Shown: one piece after another, positions 7,469 to 12,834 of the stretch
Numbering within the stretch: the first letter of the stretch is position 1
Layout of the letters: each line of letters opens with the position of its first letter
Virus record (IMG/VR): IMGVR_UViG_2526164634_000024
Span: 1-12,834 of that record
DNA length: 12,834 nt
Reading direction: 5' to 3' (one strand)
Source of the DNA: a virus
Taxonomy: Duplodnaviria; Heunggongvirae; Uroviricota; Caudoviricetes
Notes under the pieces: generated by a model
Databases searched by the model: none
Seen by the model: only the letters and a program-made list of their open reading frames with translations
Told to the model about the DNA's origin: nothing
Made by a program: the position numbers and the translations under genes

Positions 7469-7563
7469 GATGTGATAACCTATTCAATCTGGTGCTATTT
7501 GTGGCTTTTTGTGGCGTCAAGTGGTACTCAACTGATAACCAATATAGTATTCAGGTGCACACC
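7469..7563. promoter_or_regulatory. Divergent control region between the Cox-like and C-type repressor genes; contains direct repeats TTTGTGGC x2 (7498-7505, 7508-7515) and TGATAACC x2 (7471-7478, 7534-7541)
   Basis: Repeats read directly. P2 C repressor is known to recognise direct rather than inverted repeats at the early promoter. Promoter hexamers here are not confidently assignable by eye. Confidence 0.5.
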
Positions 7564-7875
7564 ATGTCAATAGAGATATCAAAGAAGCTAAAAGCAATTC
7601 GAGAATCTGAGGGACTTAGCCAGGCAAAGTTCGCGGATTCAATAGGTATTGCGGTTGGTACAGTTAAGCAATATGAGACTGGTATTAGAGGTGTGGGGAC
7701 GGAGGTTTTACTGAAAATCACAATGCATCCGAACTTTAAAAAATACACCACGTGGTTGATGAGTAACGAAACAAATGAGGCTGCTGGGCAGATCAGTCCG
7801 TCTCTCTCCCCTGATGGGCCAAAAAGCACATCGCCTTCTCAAAAACCCCGCAAGACTGGCACACAGCCCGGCTAA
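7564..7875 (+). CDS. P2 C-type immunity repressor (XRE-like HTH), 103 aa
   Basis: Start at internal ATG 7564 (MSIEISKK...) with AGGTG Shine-Dalgarno at 7 nt. HTH region LSQAKFADSIGIAVGTVKQYETG and C-terminal ...PNFKKYTTWLMSNE...AAGQISP resemble P2 C (..PQFTKYTLWFMTNQ...SGQIAP) as recalled. Located directly upstream of int, as in P2. Confidence 0.8.
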   Translation: MSIEISKKLKAIRESEGLSQAKFADSIGIAVGTVKQYETGIRGVGTEVLLKITMHPNFKKYTTWLMSNETNEAAGQISPSLSPDGPKSTSPSQKPRKTGTQPG

Positions 7876-7924
7876 TCATGGAGCGCTGGGGGCATGGTGG
7901 TCTTGTAACGCTGGGGTTTCACGA

Positions 7925-8902
7925 ATGAGCATAAAATCAATTCCGGGAGGGTATCTTCTTGACATGCGCCCGGAGGGGCGTAAAGGCAAACGCATTCGCA
8001 AAAAATTTAAAACGAAATCGGATGCAGTTTTATATGAGCGGTGGGTGCTGGCGCAACAGCATAACAATGAGTGGAAAGGAAACTCCATTGATCGCCGTCC
8101 GCTGTCAGTGCTTATTGACTTGTGGTGGAAATACCACGGCCAGCTAATGAAGTCAGGGCATAACACGCGCCTTAAATTGCTGCGCTTGAGTGAGGCAATG
8201 GATGACCCGTGCGTGCATAAACTTAATACAACGATGCTCACCGAGCTACGTGTGTCCAGGATAGAGCAGGGGATACAGCCCAGCACCATAAATCGAGAGA
8301 TTGGGGCGTTAAGCGCGATGTTTACCGCACTCATCTCATCCGGCCATTTTCTTAACGATAACCCCGTTCAAGGCCTTAAAGGAATGAAGGTTAACGAGCG
8401 CGAAATGGGATATCTGAGTAAGTCTGAATGTGTTCAGTTGCTGGATGCACTGGCTGAAAATCCCGATGAACGACTGGCTGTCGAAATCCTTCTGTCGACC
8501 GGGGCGCGATGGGGCGAGGTAGCGGCACTGGAGCAGCGCCGTGTTCTTCATTGTCGAATCACTTTTTCAAAAACGAAGAACAGCAAAAACCGTACCGTTC
8601 CTATTTCTGAAAGCCTGTTTGAAAAGATCAAAAAACGGGGCGGGAAACTGGTGTTTCCGACGCTGGATTATTCATTGGTTCGCGATGTCATCAAAACGGT
8701 CGCACCTGATGTTCCTGACGGCCAGGCTGTTCATGCGCTGCGCCACACCTTCGCCAGTCATTTCATGATGAACGGCGGCAATATTCTGACGCTCCAGAAA
8801 ATTCTGGGGCACGCAAAGATTCAGACAACGATGATTTATGCCCATCTTGCGCCGGATTACCTGCAGGATGCGGTGAGGTTTAATCCACTAGGAGGTGCTT
8901 AA
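7925..8902 (+). CDS. int: Tyrosine integrase, P2 Int-like, 325 aa
   Basis: Start at ATG 7925 (MSIKSIPGGY...). Conserved catalytic-region motifs LSTGARWGE, HALRHTFASHF and MIYAHLAPDY (catalytic Tyr); strong overall resemblance to P2 Int as recalled (GKRIRKKF, TGARWGE, PISE, NGG.I.TLQ.ILGH). Confidence 0.9.
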   Translation: MSIKSIPGGYLLDMRPEGRKGKRIRKKFKTKSDAVLYERWVLAQQHNNEWKGNSIDRRPLSVLIDLWWKYHGQLMKSGHNTRLKLLRLSEAMDDPCVHKLNTTMLTELRVSRIEQGIQPSTINREIGALSAMFTALISSGHFLNDNPVQGLKGMKVNEREMGYLSKSECVQLLDALAENPDERLAVEILLSTGARWGEVAALEQRRVLHCRITFSKTKNSKNRTVPISESLFEKIKKRGGKLVFPTLDYSLVRDVIKTVAPDVPDGQAVHALRHTFASHFMMNGGNILTLQKILGHAKIQTTMIYAHLAPDYLQDAVRFNPLGGA

Positions 8903-8904
8903 GA

Positions 8905-9267
8905 GTGAAGTTTCATTTAGATGAACTTAAAAGAATGGCAACGCTCGATAATTTTGCGCGTTTTCTCAATGAGTCGTCTACGAATGAAAAATGTTTGTCG
9001 TGTGGCGATACGGATATGTACATGTATTTGACGAATATTGTTGAGGTGGGGCCTGAGCCGAAAACTGCTGAGGAGTGTGATTTAGGCACTTTTGTTATGC
9101 TTGATTACATCGGTCCATTTACTGGGTATCCGGGATATGAGGGACATGATCGGGAAAATATCCATAACTATGAATTCCGACTTACCTGTAACAGATGTGG
9201 GTTTGTTCATCGTTACTCGGCCCGGGCCTTTATGAACTGGGTAGGCAAGCAGGGTGATGAGAAGTGA
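8905..9267 (+). CDS. Hypothetical Cys-rich (putative Zn-ribbon) protein, 120 aa
   Basis: GTG start at 8905, 2 nt after the int stop, with GGAGG Shine-Dalgarno 9 nt upstream (inside the int 3' end). Two CxxC pairs (CLSCG near residue 30, CNRCG near residue 100). Visibly AT-richer than the flanking int. No family recognised. Confidence 0.55.
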   Translation: MKFHLDELKRMATLDNFARFLNESSTNEKCLSCGDTDMYMYLTNIVEVGPEPKTAEECDLGTFVMLDYIGPFTGYPGYEGHDRENIHNYEFRLTCNRCGFVHRYSARAFMNWVGKQGDEK

Positions 9268-9704
9268 TGGCAGAGAATGTTGCACATATTTCGCGGTTCA
9301 GAAAAAAGAAAGAGAATGCCTATAATGTATCCAACAACCAAGTAACAGGAAGTGGTAATGATGGAGGTGATGGCATGAATGACGACCTTGAACGGCGGGT
9401 CAGTTGCCTGGAAAGTGATGTGACTGAAATCAAAAACAACCTGATTACTCTCACCACAAGAAGCGAATCCTTTGCTACCAAATCTGATGTACTGGAGATT
9501 CGCGAAGGGTTGAGGCTTGAGATGGCAGAATCGCGCCAATCCCTGAAGTCTGAGATGGCTGATTTACGCCAGTCTCTGAAAGTTGAGATGGCTGAGCATC
9601 GTACTGAACTTCAGAAATCATTTGCAAATCAGACTTGGTTACTCACAGGTATTGTCCTGTCTGCGATGGCCGTGCTTGTGGCTGTGGTTACTGTTATTAA
9701 GTAA
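9267..9704 (+). CDS. Hypothetical coiled-coil protein with C-terminal transmembrane anchor, ~145 aa (alternative start at 9375 giving ~109 aa)
   Basis: Start overlaps the upstream stop (GTGATGA). Internal ATG at 9375 has a perfect GGAGG at 7-nt spacing. Three tandem 11-residue repeats (EMAESRQSLKS / EMADLRQSLKV / EMAEHRTELQK) and hydrophobic C-terminus LLTGIVLSAMAVLVAVVTVIK. Confidence 0.55.
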   Translation: MAENVAHISRFRKKKENAYNVSNNQVTGSGNDGGDGMNDDLERRVSCLESDVTEIKNNLITLTTRSESFATKSDVLEIREGLRLEMAESRQSLKSEMADLRQSLKVEMAEHRTELQKSFANQTWLLTGIVLSAMAVLVAVVTVIK

Positions 9705-9829
9705 ATTTATGGCGGCGATATGATCCACAAAGTGACCACATCCCTGTTATTTGTTGTGGTTGGCTGTGTTTTTGTGTGTCTGTAAGTCTTTGATAATTAT
9801 CTAACTTGTTGATTTTTACTTGTGTTTAT

Positions 9830-9845
9830 GGCCGCTTGCGCGGCC
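9830..9845 (-). other. Perfect GC hairpin GGCCGC-TTGC-GCGGCC located 19 nt downstream of the acrB stop
   Basis: Read directly. No U-tract follows on the acrB strand, so it is not a canonical intrinsic terminator; it may be a 3' stabilising stem-loop or part of a recombination/junction region. Confidence 0.4.
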
Positions 9846-9864
9846 TTAGTGATTACACGTTGTA

Positions 9865-12834
<2,970 letters not shown>

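Larger units (their letters stand above)
1..9704. mobile_element. Partial P2-family prophage-like element (C repressor-int module, cox-to-gpA early/replication module, accessory genes); left boundary lies outside the window, right boundary is somewhere in 9705-9864
   Basis: Co-occurrence and P2-like arrangement of a C-type repressor, tyrosine integrase, Cox-like gene and gpA-type replication initiator; flanked on the right by a core acrB gene. Boundaries cannot be fixed without the other end of the element. Confidence 0.7.

Noticed and set aside
7492-7563. N-terminal extension of the C-type repressor ORF (ORF-track start at 7492)
   Set aside because: The extension is hydrophobic filler unlike known C repressors; the internal ATG at 7564 has a Shine-Dalgarno and gives the expected ~100-aa HTH protein; the extension would consume the divergent promoter region.
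7775-7924. Upstream in-frame extension of the integrase ORF (375-aa version) overlapping the repressor gene
   Set aside because: P2-type integrases are ~325-335 aa and begin with a motif like the one at 7925 (MSIKS...); the extension overlaps the C gene 3' end and has no conserved integrase sequence.
9519-9617. Tandem 33-bp repeats as a possible CRISPR array or satellite repeat
   Set aside because: Only three copies, directly abutting with no spacers, in-frame inside a coding region, and encoding a hendecad coiled-coil repeat; not CRISPR-like.
9705-9864. tomB/hha expected downstream of acrB
   Set aside because: Looked for them because they neighbour acrB in E. coli K-12; no ORF in the window resembles either. 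Their absence is reported as a finding rather than annotated as a feature.

Overview
12.8-kb window. The right end (9865-12834, minus strand) is the 3' ~2.97 kb of an acrB-type RND multidrug efflux permease gene, truncated at the window edge. Immediately downstream of it lies ~9.7 kb of a P2-family temperate-phage-like element. That element has a C-type HTH repressor and a tyrosine integrase transcribed rightward (7564-8902), followed by a translationally coupled, visibly AT-richer two-gene cassette (8905-9704). A divergent leftward early operon starts with a Cox-like gene (7190-7468) and runs through about ten small ORFs of unknown function into a P2 gpA-like rolling-circle replication initiator (1037-3877). 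After the replication gene sits a complete ParM/StbA-type actin-like ATPase gene (1-960), preceded by two ~39-bp direct repeats. I recognise no rRNA, tRNA, CRISPR array or transposase. Family calls rest on motifs recalled from memory; no search was run. The best candidates for an undescribed function are the int-linked Zn-ribbon plus membrane coiled-coil cassette, the ParM-like gene with its repeat region, and a structured ~320-bp non-coding stretch inside the early operon.
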